A stretch of 64,000 nucleotides of DNA, from assembly GCA_963746175.1 (NCBI GenBank), contig CAVVAH010000001.1:1158062-1222061 (forward strand), in the 5' to 3' direction. Of this stretch, positions 25,976 through 35,093 are shown in pieces. Position numbers and translations under genes: made by a program. The stretch's first letter is position 1. The number at the start of each line of letters is the position of its first letter. Source of the stretch: an uncultured Actinomycetota bacterium. Its GTDB lineage: Bacteria > Actinomycetota > Actinomycetes > JACCUZ01. The notes under the pieces are model-generated. The model searched no databases and was not told the origin of the DNA. It saw only the letters and a list, made by a program, of their open reading frames with translations.

Positions 25976-27905
25976 GGGGACCGCGGAGCGGACGTTCGTC
26001 ACGCTGTCCGACGGCACCCGGCTGGCCGTCACGCTCTACCTGCCGGCGACGCGCGAGCCGGTGCCGTGCCTGCTCGAGGCGCTGCCCTACCGCAAGGACG
26101 ACCTCACGGCCGGCTACCGCCCGGAGTACGTGCGCCTGCGCGACGAGCACGACTACGCCGTCTGCCGCGTCGACGTCCGCGGCACCGGCTCGTCCGACGG
26201 CCTGGCCACCGACGAGTACCCGGAGCAGGAGCAGCGCGACCTCGCCGAGCTGATCCAGTGGTTGGCGAACCAGGCCTGGTGCTCGGGTGCCGTCGGCATG
26301 TTCGGCACGTCGTACTCCGGCTTCAACGCGCTGCACCTCGCTGCCGAGCGGCCGCCGGCGCTGAAGGCCGTCTGCGCCATCTACTCCAGCGACGACCGCT
26401 ACACGGACGACGTGCACTTCATGGGTGGGTCGCTCCGGCTGCTCGACGTCGTCGACTACCCGACGTACATGGTGGCGATGAACGCGTTGCCGCCGGTGCC
26501 GTCGCTGGTGGGCGACTGGTGGGTCGACGACTGGCGACGGCGGGTCGAGGACCTCGAGCCGTGGCTGGTGCGCTGGGTCGAGGAGCAGCACGACTCGGCG
26601 TACTGGCGGCAGGGGTCGGTGCGCCCCGGCTACGACCGGATCGGCTGCCCGACGTTCATCGTGGCCGGCTGGGCCGACGGCTACCGCAACAACACGTTCC
26701 GGATGGTCGAACGGCTGCGTGCGCAGGGTGTGCCGCACCGGCTGCTCATCGGGCCGTGGAGCCACATGTCGACCGCGACCTCGCTGCCGGGCCCGCACCT
26801 CGACCTGGTGCCGGTGATGGCGCGCTGGTGGGACCGCTGGCTGCGTGGGGTCGACGACGGGTACGACGACGAGCCGGCGCTCACCTGGTTCGCGCAACGG
26901 TCGACCCGGCCGGGACCGGACCGGGCGCTCGTCGAGGGCGAGTGGCGTGCGGCACCGTCGTGGCCGCTCGACGGCGCCGCCGTGCGGACGCTCCCGCTGG
27001 GCTCCGAGGTGGTGGCGTACGACGTGCTCGCCGACGTGGGCACGGCGGCGTGGAACAGCTGCGCGGGATCGCTGCCGTGGGGACAGCCGACCGACCAGCG
27101 CTACGACGACGCAGCCTCGCTGACGTTCGACTGGCCGGCCGACGGGCTGTCGCTGCTCGGGAACCCGCAGCTGCGGCTGCGGCTGCGGTCCTCGCAGCCG
27201 GTCGCCTCGGTGTCGGCGAAGCTCTGCGACGTCTTCCCCGACGGGACCTCGTCCTTGGTCTGCCGAGGGTTCCTGAACCTCACCCACCGGACGTCGTCCA
27301 CGTCGCCGTCGCCGGTGCCGGTGGACGAGTGGCTCGACGTCGAGCTGGAGATGGAGGCGATGGCGTTCGACGCCGACCTCCCCGCGCACCGGCTGCGGCT
27401 CTCGCTGGCCGGCGTCGACTGGCCGAACACGGTCGCTCCCCCGGTGCCGCTGTCTCTCTCGCTCGACCTGGCCCACTGCGCGCTGGACCTGCCGCTGGCC
27501 GGGGCCTCGGTGCCCGCGCTGCCGCTGCCGTTCGTCGAGCCACCCGCAGGCGGTGACGACAGCGGTGCCGACGCCGTCGGCTGGCACGTCTCCCGTGACG
27601 TGCTGCGCCGGCGAACCAGCTGCTCGGACGACCACGGCGGCGAGTACGACGTCGAGGGCGGGTCGGTCGAGGAGCGCTACACCGGCCGCGTCGAGGTGGA
27701 CACGAGGACGTGGGAGCAGCGAGCCGAGTCGACCGCTGAGTTCACGCTGAGCTGGCCGGAGGCCACGGTGCAGGCCCGCGCCGAGGTGACACTGGTGGCC
27801 GACGACACGACCTTCGACCTGACGATCCACCTCGGCACCTGGCGCGACGGCGAGCCGTTCGTGAGCCGCGCCTGGGAGCGACGGATCCCGCGGGCACTCG
27901 GCTGA
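25968..27905 (+). CDS. CocE/NonD-family (S15, X-Pro dipeptidyl-peptidase-like) hydrolase
   Basis: ORF 25968..27905. It has an alpha/beta-hydrolase nucleophile elbow (GTSYSG) and a C-terminal beta-sandwich domain typical of CocE/NonD. Confidence 0.85.
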   Translation: MDEGTAERTFVTLSDGTRLAVTLYLPATREPVPCLLEALPYRKDDLTAGYRPEYVRLRDEHDYAVCRVDVRGTGSSDGLATDEYPEQEQRDLAELIQWLANQAWCSGAVGMFGTSYSGFNALHLAAERPPALKAVCAIYSSDDRYTDDVHFMGGSLRLLDVVDYPTYMVAMNALPPVPSLVGDWWVDDWRRRVEDLEPWLVRWVEEQHDSAYWRQGSVRPGYDRIGCPTFIVAGWADGYRNNTFRMVERLRAQGVPHRLLIGPWSHMSTATSLPGPHLDLVPVMARWWDRWLRGVDDGYDDEPALTWFAQRSTRPGPDRALVEGEWRAAPSWPLDGAAVRTLPLGSEVVAYDVLADVGTAAWNSCAGSLPWGQPTDQRYDDAASLTFDWPADGLSLLGNPQLRLRLRSSQPVASVSAKLCDVFPDGTSSLVCRGFLNLTHRTSSTSPSPVPVDEWLDVELEMEAMAFDADLPAHRLRLSLAGVDWPNTVAPPVPLSLSLDLAHCALDLPLAGASVPALPLPFVEPPAGGDDSGADAVGWHVSRDVLRRRTSCSDDHGGEYDVEGGSVEERYTGRVEVDTRTWEQRAESTAEFTLSWPEATVQARAEVTLVADDTTFDLTIHLGTWRDGEPFVSRAWERRIPRALG

Positions 27906-27927
27906 CCGCTCGCTAGGGTCGGACGCC

Positions 27928-28326
27928 ATGGACGCGCCCCGAGCTGTTGCCGTGGTCCAGCGCGACCGAGAGCTGCTCGTCATCAAGCGGCACTACCGCG
28001 GCCGCGACTACGCCGTCCTCCCCGGCGGGAGCGTCGAGCCGGGTGAGACCTTCGAGGACGCCGCCGTGCGCGAGCTGTGGGAGGAGAGCACGCTGCGCGC
28101 CCGGGTGGACCGCCAGCTGCTCGCCGGCGAGCACAACGGTCGCGAGGCCCGCTACTACGTGATGACGGACGTCGAGGGTTCGCCGACGCTCTCCGGCCCC
28201 GAGCTCGAGGCGCACACGCCGGACAACAGCTTCGAGCTGCTGTGGGCCGGCGCCGAGGACCTGTCCGCCCTCGGCCTGCACCCGGCCCACCTCTGCGACG
28301 ACCTGCCGCGACTGCTCTCGCTCTGA
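27928..28326 (+). CDS. NUDIX hydrolase
   Basis: ORF 27928..28326 with the Nudix box GGSVEPGETFEDAAVRELWEESTL. Confidence 0.8.
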   Translation: MDAPRAVAVVQRDRELLVIKRHYRGRDYAVLPGGSVEPGETFEDAAVRELWEESTLRARVDRQLLAGEHNGREARYYVMTDVEGSPTLSGPELEAHTPDNSFELLWAGAEDLSALGLHPAHLCDDLPRLLSL

Positions 28327-28358
28327 GCAGTCGCGGGCAGGTGGCCGCCGGCGACCGG

Positions 28359-28862
28359 TCAGTCGTCGCTGCCGTGACCACCGTGGCCGCTGCTGTCGTC
28401 GCCGCCACCGTGACCGCTGCTGTCGTCGCCGCCACCGTGACCGCTGCTGTCGTCGCCACCGCGGTCGCCGCCGTGGTCGTCACCGGGCTCGACCTCGCCA
28501 CGCCCGCCGCGGTCGTCGCCGGGCTCGGCGGTCCGGTTGCCACCGTGGTCGTCGCCGACCTCGGCGGTCCGGTCGCCACCGTGGTCGTCGCCGACCTCGG
28601 CCTCGCGGTGCGTGCCACGGTCGTCGCCGGCCTCAGGGGTGTGATGGCCGCCCCGGTGCCGGCGGTGGTGGTGCACGGCCTCGTCGCTGGCACTCGCGCT
28701 GGGGCTCGGTGTGGCGGTGACGGTCGTGGTGGCGGTCGACGTGACGGTCGCCCGGGGCGTCGCCGTGTCGTCGCCGGACGGGCCGTCGGCCGCGACGGCG
28801 ACGCCGGTCCCGCCGAGGAGCAGGACGGCTGCGGCGCTGAGGGCGATCGTGCTGCGGTTCAT
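28359..28862 (-). CDS. secreted low-complexity His/Asp/Gly-rich repeat protein
   Basis: ORF 28359..28913 with the start taken at ATG 28862 (MNRSTIALSAAAVLLLGGTGVAVA, signal peptide). Internal repeats GDDHGGDRTAEVGDDHGGNRTAE and (GGDDSSGHG)x3 come from 30- and 42-nt tandem DNA repeats. Confidence 0.55.
   Translation of the reverse strand: MNRSTIALSAAAVLLLGGTGVAVAADGPSGDDTATPRATVTSTATTTVTATPSPSASASDEAVHHHRRHRGGHHTPEAGDDRGTHREAEVGDDHGGDRTAEVGDDHGGNRTAEPGDDRGGRGEVEPGDDHGGDRGGDDSSGHGGGDDSSGHGGGDDSSGHGGHGSDD
28380..28620. repeat. tandem in-frame coding repeats (a 30-nt unit x3 and a 42-nt unit x2) inside the His-rich protein gene
   Basis: ccaccgtgaccgctgctgtcgtcgccgcca is repeated three times from about 28384, and ggtccggt(t/c)gccaccgtggtcgtcgccgacctcggc is repeated twice from about 28530. 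Confidence 0.7.
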
Positions 28863-28997
28863 GTCGGTCTCCGTTCGTGGTGGTCTGCTGACTCCCACGA
28901 CGGTGCCGCTCACCGCCTACGCGCCGCGCTGTCGGACTGCTAACGCGTCCCTAACCATCCACGGGCTCGGGCGTTCGTGCTCGCGGCCGGCGGTCAA

Positions 28998-29310
28998 TCA
29001 CGCTTCGCGTCGGGGAAAAACACCAGGAGCTGGCCCTCGAACCGGCGCGCCGACCGCTTCGTCTGGCGGGTAGCCCTCGACCGTGAAGATCGGTTCGCCG
29101 GCGTCGACGAAGCCCGCATCACCATTGCGGTCCTCGTAGGCGAACGGTGTCCTCGATCCGTCCAGCCGGCAGCGCACCACGCCGAGTCGTTCGCCCCGCG
29201 ACACCCGTCCTCGTCAGGTCGTCGGCCACATACACGCGACCACGCCAGCGGACGAAGTTCAGGTGGGCCGCGACGGCGGACGGTGACCTCGTGGAAATGG
29301 TTCGGGTCAC
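28998..29310 (-). pseudogene. remnant of a VOC/glyoxalase-family gene, split over two reading frames
   Basis: ORF 29119..29310(-) reads ...RVYVADDLTRTG.... ORF 28998..29204(-) reads ...RTPFAYEDRNGDAGFVDAGEPIFTVEGY.... Together they resemble a VOC C-terminus, but no intact ORF exists. Confidence 0.3.
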
Positions 29311-29439
29311 ACGAGGGCGAACCTGAGCGGGTCGACGTCCCGATCGATCGGATCCTCGGCCGCCCTGCCACCACCGGAATCACCCTCGCCGACGACCCGA
29401 CCAGCGAGCAGCCCACCGCTCGGGCCCGTAGGCCGTCAG

Positions 29440-29950
29440 GTCTCGCGCGGCTACCGCGGTGCACCTGCGGCGGCGCGCAGACCGCCGCCGTCGTGCTCGA
29501 CGTGCCCACCGCGCTCGGCCTGGCCGACAACCCCGGCTACCTGCCCGGCTACGGCGCCGTGCCCGCTGACCTTGCCCGGAGGATGGCCGCCGACCGCGAC
29601 TGGATCCGCTGGATCACCGACCCGCAGAACCGGGCAGCTGCTCGACCGCGGCACCGCCGCTACCGGCCCGGCGGCGCCCTGCACGCCTACGTCAACGCCC
29701 GCGACCGGGTCTGCGGCTTTCCCGGCTGCAACCAACCCGCACAAGCCTGCGACTGCGACCACGTCGTCGCCTTCCGCCACCATGGCCGGACCGTCCAGAT
29801 CAATCTCGGACCCCTGTGCCGCCAGCATCACACAACGCCAAGACTTGCGGCCACTGGCGACTGCACTATGACCCGAACACGGCCACCAAGACCTGGACCA
29901 GCCCCCTCGGCCTCACCCACACCAGAACCAGGCTGCCACTCCTCAGCTGA
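29440..29950 (+). pseudogene. truncated, frameshifted C-terminal fragment of a DUF222/HNH-endonuclease (REP13E12-like) gene
   Basis: Inside ORF 28977..30770 lie the motifs LARRMAADRDWIRWITDP, YRPGGALHAYVNARDRVCGFPGCNQPAQACDCDHVVAFRHHG and LCRQHH. After the HH, the authentic continuation (HHNAKTCGHWRLHYDPNTATKTWTSPLGLTHTRTRLPLLS*) is in the -1 frame, ending with TGA at 29948-29950. The N-terminal DUF222 domain is missing. Confidence 0.6.
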
Positions 29951-29969
29951 GGGAGCCCAGCAACGACTA

Positions 29970-30770
29970 ATGCGGGTGACGCGGCGCCCGACCGGTGACA
30001 GGCTCGACCGGATGCCATCTCCCCTGCACCACCGTGTCGAAGGTTCCGGACCGACCGTCGTGCTGCTGCACGCCGCGGTCGCCGACCTGCGGATGTGGGA
30101 CCACCAGGCTGCCGCGCTGGCCGCCGACCACACTGTCGTCCGGTGCGACTTCCGCGGCTTCGGGCAGTCTCCGCTCGCCGCGGACGACTCGTACTCCGAC
30201 GCCGAGGACGTCCTCGCGCTGCTCGACGACCTGGGCGTCGGCGACTTCGCCCTCGTCGGCGCGTCGCACGGCGGCGGTGTCGCCCTGCAGGTCGCCTCGG
30301 CGGTCCCGGGCCGCGTCACGAGGCTGGTGCTGCTCGACGCTGCCGCCGTGGTCGCCGAGAAGACGGCGGCGATCCGGGCCGTCTGGGCGGAGGAGGAGCG
30401 GCTGCTCAATGCCGGCGACGTGGACGGGGCGACCGAGCTCATGGTGCGGACCTGGCTCGGGCCGGACGCCGACGAGCCGGCACGCGCGCTGGTCCGCGAC
30501 ATGCAGCGGCGCGCGTACGAGGTGCAGCTGGCTGCGGGCGACGACGTCGACGACCGCGAGCTCGACGTCGACCTCGCGCGGCTGACGATGCCCACCACGG
30601 TGGCCTTCGGCGGCCACGACGTCGACTGGTTCGCCGACATCGCCAGGGAGCTCGCCCGGCAGCTGCCGGACGCCCGGCTGGTCGAGCTGCAGTGGGCCGG
30701 CCACCTGCCGTCCCTGGAACGGCCCGAGGTCACCAGCGCCCTCGTCCGCGACGCGGTGGACGCTCCGTAG
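29970..30770 (+). CDS. alpha/beta-fold hydrolase
   Basis: The distal part of ORF 28977..30770 from ATG 29970 (MRVTRRPTGDRLDRMPSPLHHRVEGSGPTVVLLHAAVADLRMWD...). It has the nucleophile elbow GASHGG and a C-terminal His motif (WAGHLPSLERP). Confidence 0.8.
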   Translation: MRVTRRPTGDRLDRMPSPLHHRVEGSGPTVVLLHAAVADLRMWDHQAAALAADHTVVRCDFRGFGQSPLAADDSYSDAEDVLALLDDLGVGDFALVGASHGGGVALQVASAVPGRVTRLVLLDAAAVVAEKTAAIRAVWAEEERLLNAGDVDGATELMVRTWLGPDADEPARALVRDMQRRAYEVQLAAGDDVDDRELDVDLARLTMPTTVAFGGHDVDWFADIARELARQLPDARLVELQWAGHLPSLERPEVTSALVRDAVDAP

Positions 30771-30781
30771 ACTCGGTCGTC

Positions 30782-32023
30782 GTGACCGTCGAGAGCCGCA
30801 CCGATGTCCTGGCCCGCGCCCGGGAGATCGGGCCCGACCTCGTGGCGCTGCGCCGCGAGCTGCACCGCATCCCGGAGATCGGCAACCACCTGCCGCTGAC
30901 CCAGCAGGTGCTGCTCCGCGAGCTGACCGCTCTCGACGACGGCAGCAAGGTCGTCGAGATCAGCACCGGTGAGGCGCTGTCCTCGATCACCGTCGTGATC
31001 CGTGGCGGTGCCCCCGGCGCAGACAAGGGCCCGGTGGTCCTGCTGCGCGGCGACATGGACGCCCTGCCGGTGACCGAGGAGGTCGCGGTCGACTACGTCT
31101 CGGAGCACGTCGGGGTCATGCATGCCTGTGGCCACGACCTGCACATGGCCGGCCTGGTCGGCGCGGCCCGGCTGCTGCTGGCCCGTCGCGACGAGCTGGC
31201 CGGCGACGTGGTGCTGATGTTCCAGCCCGGCGAGGAGGGCCCCGGCGGGGCCGAGCCGATGATCGCCGAAGGGCTGCTGACGGCAGCCGGGCGTCCGGTC
31301 GACGCGGCGTACGCGTTGCACGTCGCGTCGTCGGAGCACCCGCTCGGGCAGTGGTACGGCAGGCCGGGCCCGGTCTACGCCGCCGCCGACGAGGCCCGGG
31401 TCCGCGTGGTCGGGGTCGGCGGCCACGGCTCGAGCCCGCACCGCGCCAAGGACCCGGTGCCGGCCGCCTGCGAGATGGTCCTCGCGCTGCAGACGATGAC
31501 GACCCGTGGCTTCGACGTGTTCGACCCGGTGGTGGTGACCGTGGGCCGGCTCGCGGCGGGCACCAAGGACAACATCATCCCGGACGGCGCCGAGTTCGAC
31601 GCGACCGTCCGCAGCCTCTCGGCAGCGGCGCGGGAGAAGGTGCAGCACGACATCGAGCGACTGGTCCACGGCATCGCCGAGGCACACGGGCTCACCGCCG
31701 AGGTCGACTACCGGCTCGGGTACCCGGTGACCGTGAACGACGCGACGGAGCACGCACTCGCGCTGGAGGTGGTCACGGACCTCTTCGGTGCCGACCGCTT
31801 CACGCTGATGGCCGAGCCGGAGCTGGGTTCCGAGGACATGTCCTTCGTGCTCGACCGGGTCCCCGGCGCGTACCTCAATCTCGGCGCCTCCACGGTCGAC
31901 GACTACGACTCCGCGCCCGACAACCACTCGCCACGCGCCGCCTTCGACGACTCGGTCCTGCCCGACGCCGCGGCCTGGCTCGCCGAGGTCGGCGTGCGGC
32001 GGTTGCGGCTCGGCAGCCGCTAG
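30782..32023 (+). CDS. M20-family amidohydrolase (aminoacylase / hippurate-hydrolase-like)
   Basis: The distal part of ORF 30095..32023 from GTG 30782. It has metal-binding motifs (MHACGHDLH; GEEGPGGAEPM) and an overall M20D architecture. Confidence 0.85.
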   Translation: MTVESRTDVLARAREIGPDLVALRRELHRIPEIGNHLPLTQQVLLRELTALDDGSKVVEISTGEALSSITVVIRGGAPGADKGPVVLLRGDMDALPVTEEVAVDYVSEHVGVMHACGHDLHMAGLVGAARLLLARRDELAGDVVLMFQPGEEGPGGAEPMIAEGLLTAAGRPVDAAYALHVASSEHPLGQWYGRPGPVYAAADEARVRVVGVGGHGSSPHRAKDPVPAACEMVLALQTMTTRGFDVFDPVVVTVGRLAAGTKDNIIPDGAEFDATVRSLSAAAREKVQHDIERLVHGIAEAHGLTAEVDYRLGYPVTVNDATEHALALEVVTDLFGADRFTLMAEPELGSEDMSFVLDRVPGAYLNLGASTVDDYDSAPDNHSPRAAFDDSVLPDAAAWLAEVGVRRLRLGSR

Positions 32024-32134
32024 ACGGGAAGGGCGCGCCCGTCGCGGTAGTCGAACGGCAGCAGCGCCGAGTCGAGCCCCGCGACACCACCGGAGCCGGT
32101 GTCATGTCGTGCTCCTTCCCCATAGAGTCCCGCC

Positions 32135-32740
32135 ATGAGTCGCCGGAAGGTCGAGGTGCGGCGCGAGGAGATCCTGCGCGCGACCGTCGACGAGGTCACC
32201 GAGCGCGGCTTCGCCAGCACCCGGGTGGCCGACGTGGCGAGCCGGCTCGGCATCAGCACCGGGCTGGTCTTCTACCACTTCGAGTCGAAGGAGGCGCTGC
32301 TCTCGCAGGCCTTCGCGTACGCCGCCGAGCGCGACCTCGAGCGGCTGGACGCAGCCGCACAGGGCAGCGGGAGCGCGGTCCGCCGGCTGGCGAAGATCCT
32401 CGCCTACTACGGCCCTGAGGAGTCGGCGGCCGGCTGGCCGCTGTGGATCGACGCGTGGGCGACGGCCCTGCGCATCCCCGAGCTGGCAGAGGTGTCGCAA
32501 CAGCTCGACGTGCGGTGGAAGGACGCGGTGGCCACGGTGATCGCCGACGGCGTCGCGCGCGGCGAGATGACCTGCGCGGACCCGACCGCCGCGGCGTGGC
32601 GGATCACCGCGCTGCTCGACGGGCTCGCCGTGCAGGCAACGGTGCACAGTGGCGTGCTCACCCGCCGGCAGGTGACGTCCTGGGTCCGCAGCGCGGCGGC
32701 GGCCGAGCTGGGCCTCGACCCGGCCACGCTGCGCCGATAG
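32135..32740 (+). CDS. TetR-family transcriptional regulator
   Basis: ORF 32135..32740 with an N-terminal HTH (ILRATVDEVTERGFASTRVADVASRLGISTGLVFYHF). Confidence 0.85.
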   Translation: MSRRKVEVRREEILRATVDEVTERGFASTRVADVASRLGISTGLVFYHFESKEALLSQAFAYAAERDLERLDAAAQGSGSAVRRLAKILAYYGPEESAAGWPLWIDAWATALRIPELAEVSQQLDVRWKDAVATVIADGVARGEMTCADPTAAAWRITALLDGLAVQATVHSGVLTRRQVTSWVRSAAAAELGLDPATLRR

Positions 32741-32749
32741 CCCGCCTCG

Positions 32750-33940
32750 TCAGACCAGCCAGCTCGTGGCGTGGCCAGGTTCGACCAGCGCCGGCCGGTC
32801 CGGTGCGAACGCGCCGATGTCGGAGGTTGTCGTCCCGTCGGTGACCAGGTCGGCGAGCAGCCGGCCGAACGTCGGCACGAACTTGAAGCCGTGCCCGGCG
32901 CCGAGACCGACGAGCACCGACTCGTGCTTGGGCACCGGGCCGACGACGAAGTCGCGGTCGGGCGTGAGCGTGTAGAGGCAGGTCACGGTGCTCGTCGGTG
33001 AGCCGACTCCCGGCAGCAGGCTGTGCACGAACCGGGTGAGCCGGTGCTCGGCCTCGAGGTCGGGCGCGAAGGTCCTCGACTCGGCGGTGGTCACCGCTCC
33101 ACCGACGTCCTGGCCGGCCTTCACCAGAGCACCGGTGCCGGCCTCGTCGTAGGTCGGGAAGCCGTAGAACGACGGGTCGTCCATCCAGATCCACACCGGG
33201 ACCGATGCCGGCGAGTAGCGACCGGGCCTCGACGGCGCGAAGTAGGTCACCTGCTCGCGGGTCACCGTCAGGGGCATCGACGTGTCGAGGTGGGCGAGCA
33301 GCTGGTTGGTCCACGCGTCCGCGGTGAGCACCACGTGCCGGGCCCGGTAGGTGCGGGCGGCCGCGCCACCGGACGTGACGCTGACCGTCCCGTCGTCGTG
33401 CGAGCGAAGGGCCGTCACCGGCGACTCGGCGTGCAGCCGTGCACCGGCGAGCGCAGCGAGCCGCTGCAGCACCCGGGTCGACCGGCCGGCCGGGACGATC
33501 GACGTGTCCTCCTGCACGAGTGCGACGGTGCCCTCCGGGACCGTCAGCGACGGCCACCGGGCGGTGACCTCGTCGGCGCCGAGCGTCGTGAACGGCACGT
33601 CCTCGGCGATCATGCTGCTCGTGTAGTCCTCGGCCGGGATGGCCGGGCCCGGCGGGAAGAGGTCGACGCCGCCGGTGCGCGTGACCAGCTGCTCGCCGGA
33701 CTCGCGCTCCAGGTCGGCCCAGTCGTCGTACGCCTCACCGGCCAGCCGCACGTACGCCGGGGTGTGGTAGCTGCGGCGCAGGATCCGCGACGTGTCGTGC
33801 GAGGCACCGCGGACGTGACCCAGCTCGAACTGCTCGAGCCCGACCACCGACGCACCGCGCCGCGCGAGCTGCCAGGCGGTGGCCGAGCCGAGTCCGCCGA
33901 GCCCGACGACGACGACGTCGACGCCCGGCTGGGCCGTCAT
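32750..33940 (-). CDS. monomeric sarcosine oxidase / N-methyl-L-tryptophan-oxidase-like FAD oxidoreductase
   Basis: ORF 32750..33973 with the start taken at ATG 33940 (MTAQPGVDVVVVGLGGLGSATAW, a GxGxxG FAD motif). The start overlaps the Rieske gene stop by 4 nt. Confidence 0.8.
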   Translation of the reverse strand: MTAQPGVDVVVVGLGGLGSATAWQLARRGASVVGLEQFELGHVRGASHDTSRILRRSYHTPAYVRLAGEAYDDWADLERESGEQLVTRTGGVDLFPPGPAIPAEDYTSSMIAEDVPFTTLGADEVTARWPSLTVPEGTVALVQEDTSIVPAGRSTRVLQRLAALAGARLHAESPVTALRSHDDGTVSVTSGGAAARTYRARHVVLTADAWTNQLLAHLDTSMPLTVTREQVTYFAPSRPGRYSPASVPVWIWMDDPSFYGFPTYDEAGTGALVKAGQDVGGAVTTAESRTFAPDLEAEHRLTRFVHSLLPGVGSPTSTVTCLYTLTPDRDFVVGPVPKHESVLVGLGAGHGFKFVPTFGRLLADLVTDGTTTSDIGAFAPDRPALVEPGHATSWLV

Positions 33941-35049
33941 GGGGCTTCCTCCCCCAGCCGGGGCAGGAGCCATCGCCGGATGTCGAGGCTGGCGTCCTCC
34001 ATCGGCGCGAACCAGCCCTGCGTGTACGCCCGGGACGACATGCCGCGCTGCACCGACTCGCAGACCGCCCAGTCCTGGCGGTTGACGACGTCCCAGAAGT
34101 CCATCGCGTCCGACGGGTCGAAGCCCGGCCGCGCCGCCTCATCCGGCGCGAACAACAGGTCGCACACGATCCGGGTCCGGTGGGCGCCTGCGGGCCAGAG
34201 CGTGAACGCCGCCACGTGGTCGGCGGACAGGCTGAGCATGAGGTTCGGGTAGAGCAGCTCGCCCTTGTGCCGCACCTTCTCGGCGTCGTCCAGCCCGGGG
34301 AACGGCGCCCGGTCGGAGGTGCCCGACGCTGTGAAGGTCCAGGCACCGTCCCGGTGCGGGATGCCGTCCTCCCAGTCGAGGTCGGCACCGCCGCGGCCGA
34401 ACGCCGGCACCAGCCGCACCAGCTCCGGGTGCACACCGGCGCAGTGGTAGCACTCGTTGTAGTTCTCCAGCACGACCTTGTAGTTGGCCCGGACGTCGTA
34501 CTCCCGACTGTCGCCGACGACGAGGCGCTCGAGCGGGTAGCGCGCCACTCGCTCGACGGCCGCGCCGAGCGAATCGCGCAACGCAGGCGGGCCGGCCTGC
34601 GGTGTGAGGTGCAGGAAGAGGAAGCCGCCCCATGTGTCGACGCCGACCGGGTGCAGGCCGAACCCGTCGGGGTCGAAGTCGTCGACGTCCTCGGTGTGCG
34701 GCGCGCGCAGCAGCCGGCCGCCGAGGTCGTAGGTCCACGAGTGGTACGGGCAGCGAAGCGACTGCGCCCGGAACGGTGCGGGCAGCTCGACGTCGGGGTC
34801 GACCGGGACGACCTGTGACCCGCGGTGCCGGCAGACGTTGTAGAAGGCGCGGAAGCCGCCCTCACCGTCGCGGGTGACGAGGATGCTCTCGCCGGCCACG
34901 TCGAGCGCGGCGACGCCGGGGCCGTCGCCGAGGTCGGGCACGCGGCCGGCGCAGAACCACTCCCGGTGCAGCACCTGCTCGCGCTCGCGCGCCCAGTGCG
35001 TCGCGTCGACGTAGTACGGCGCCGGCAACGCCGCCTGCAGCGAGGTCAC
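33937..35049 (-). CDS. Rieske [2Fe-2S] aromatic-ring-hydroxylating / N-demethylating oxygenase alpha subunit (GbcA/Stc2/CntA-like)
   Basis: ORF 33937..35049. It has the Rieske motif CRHRG...CPYHSW and a mononuclear-iron motif (NYNECYHC) in the C-terminal catalytic domain. Confidence 0.85.
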   Translation of the reverse strand: MTSLQAALPAPYYVDATHWAREREQVLHREWFCAGRVPDLGDGPGVAALDVAGESILVTRDGEGGFRAFYNVCRHRGSQVVPVDPDVELPAPFRAQSLRCPYHSWTYDLGGRLLRAPHTEDVDDFDPDGFGLHPVGVDTWGGFLFLHLTPQAGPPALRDSLGAAVERVARYPLERLVVGDSREYDVRANYKVVLENYNECYHCAGVHPELVRLVPAFGRGGADLDWEDGIPHRDGAWTFTASGTSDRAPFPGLDDAEKVRHKGELLYPNLMLSLSADHVAAFTLWPAGAHRTRIVCDLLFAPDEAARPGFDPSDAMDFWDVVNRQDWAVCESVQRGMSSRAYTQGWFAPMEDASLDIRRWLLPRLGEEAP

Positions 35050-35093
35050 CGCCCGAGCACCTCCCCTCTACTGATCCGCGAGTCAGTAACGCC

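Noticed and set aside
32024-32134. TetR operator palindrome upstream of the TetR gene
   Set aside because: Only weak partial dyads (GTGTCATGTCGTGC) could be found, not a convincing inverted repeat.
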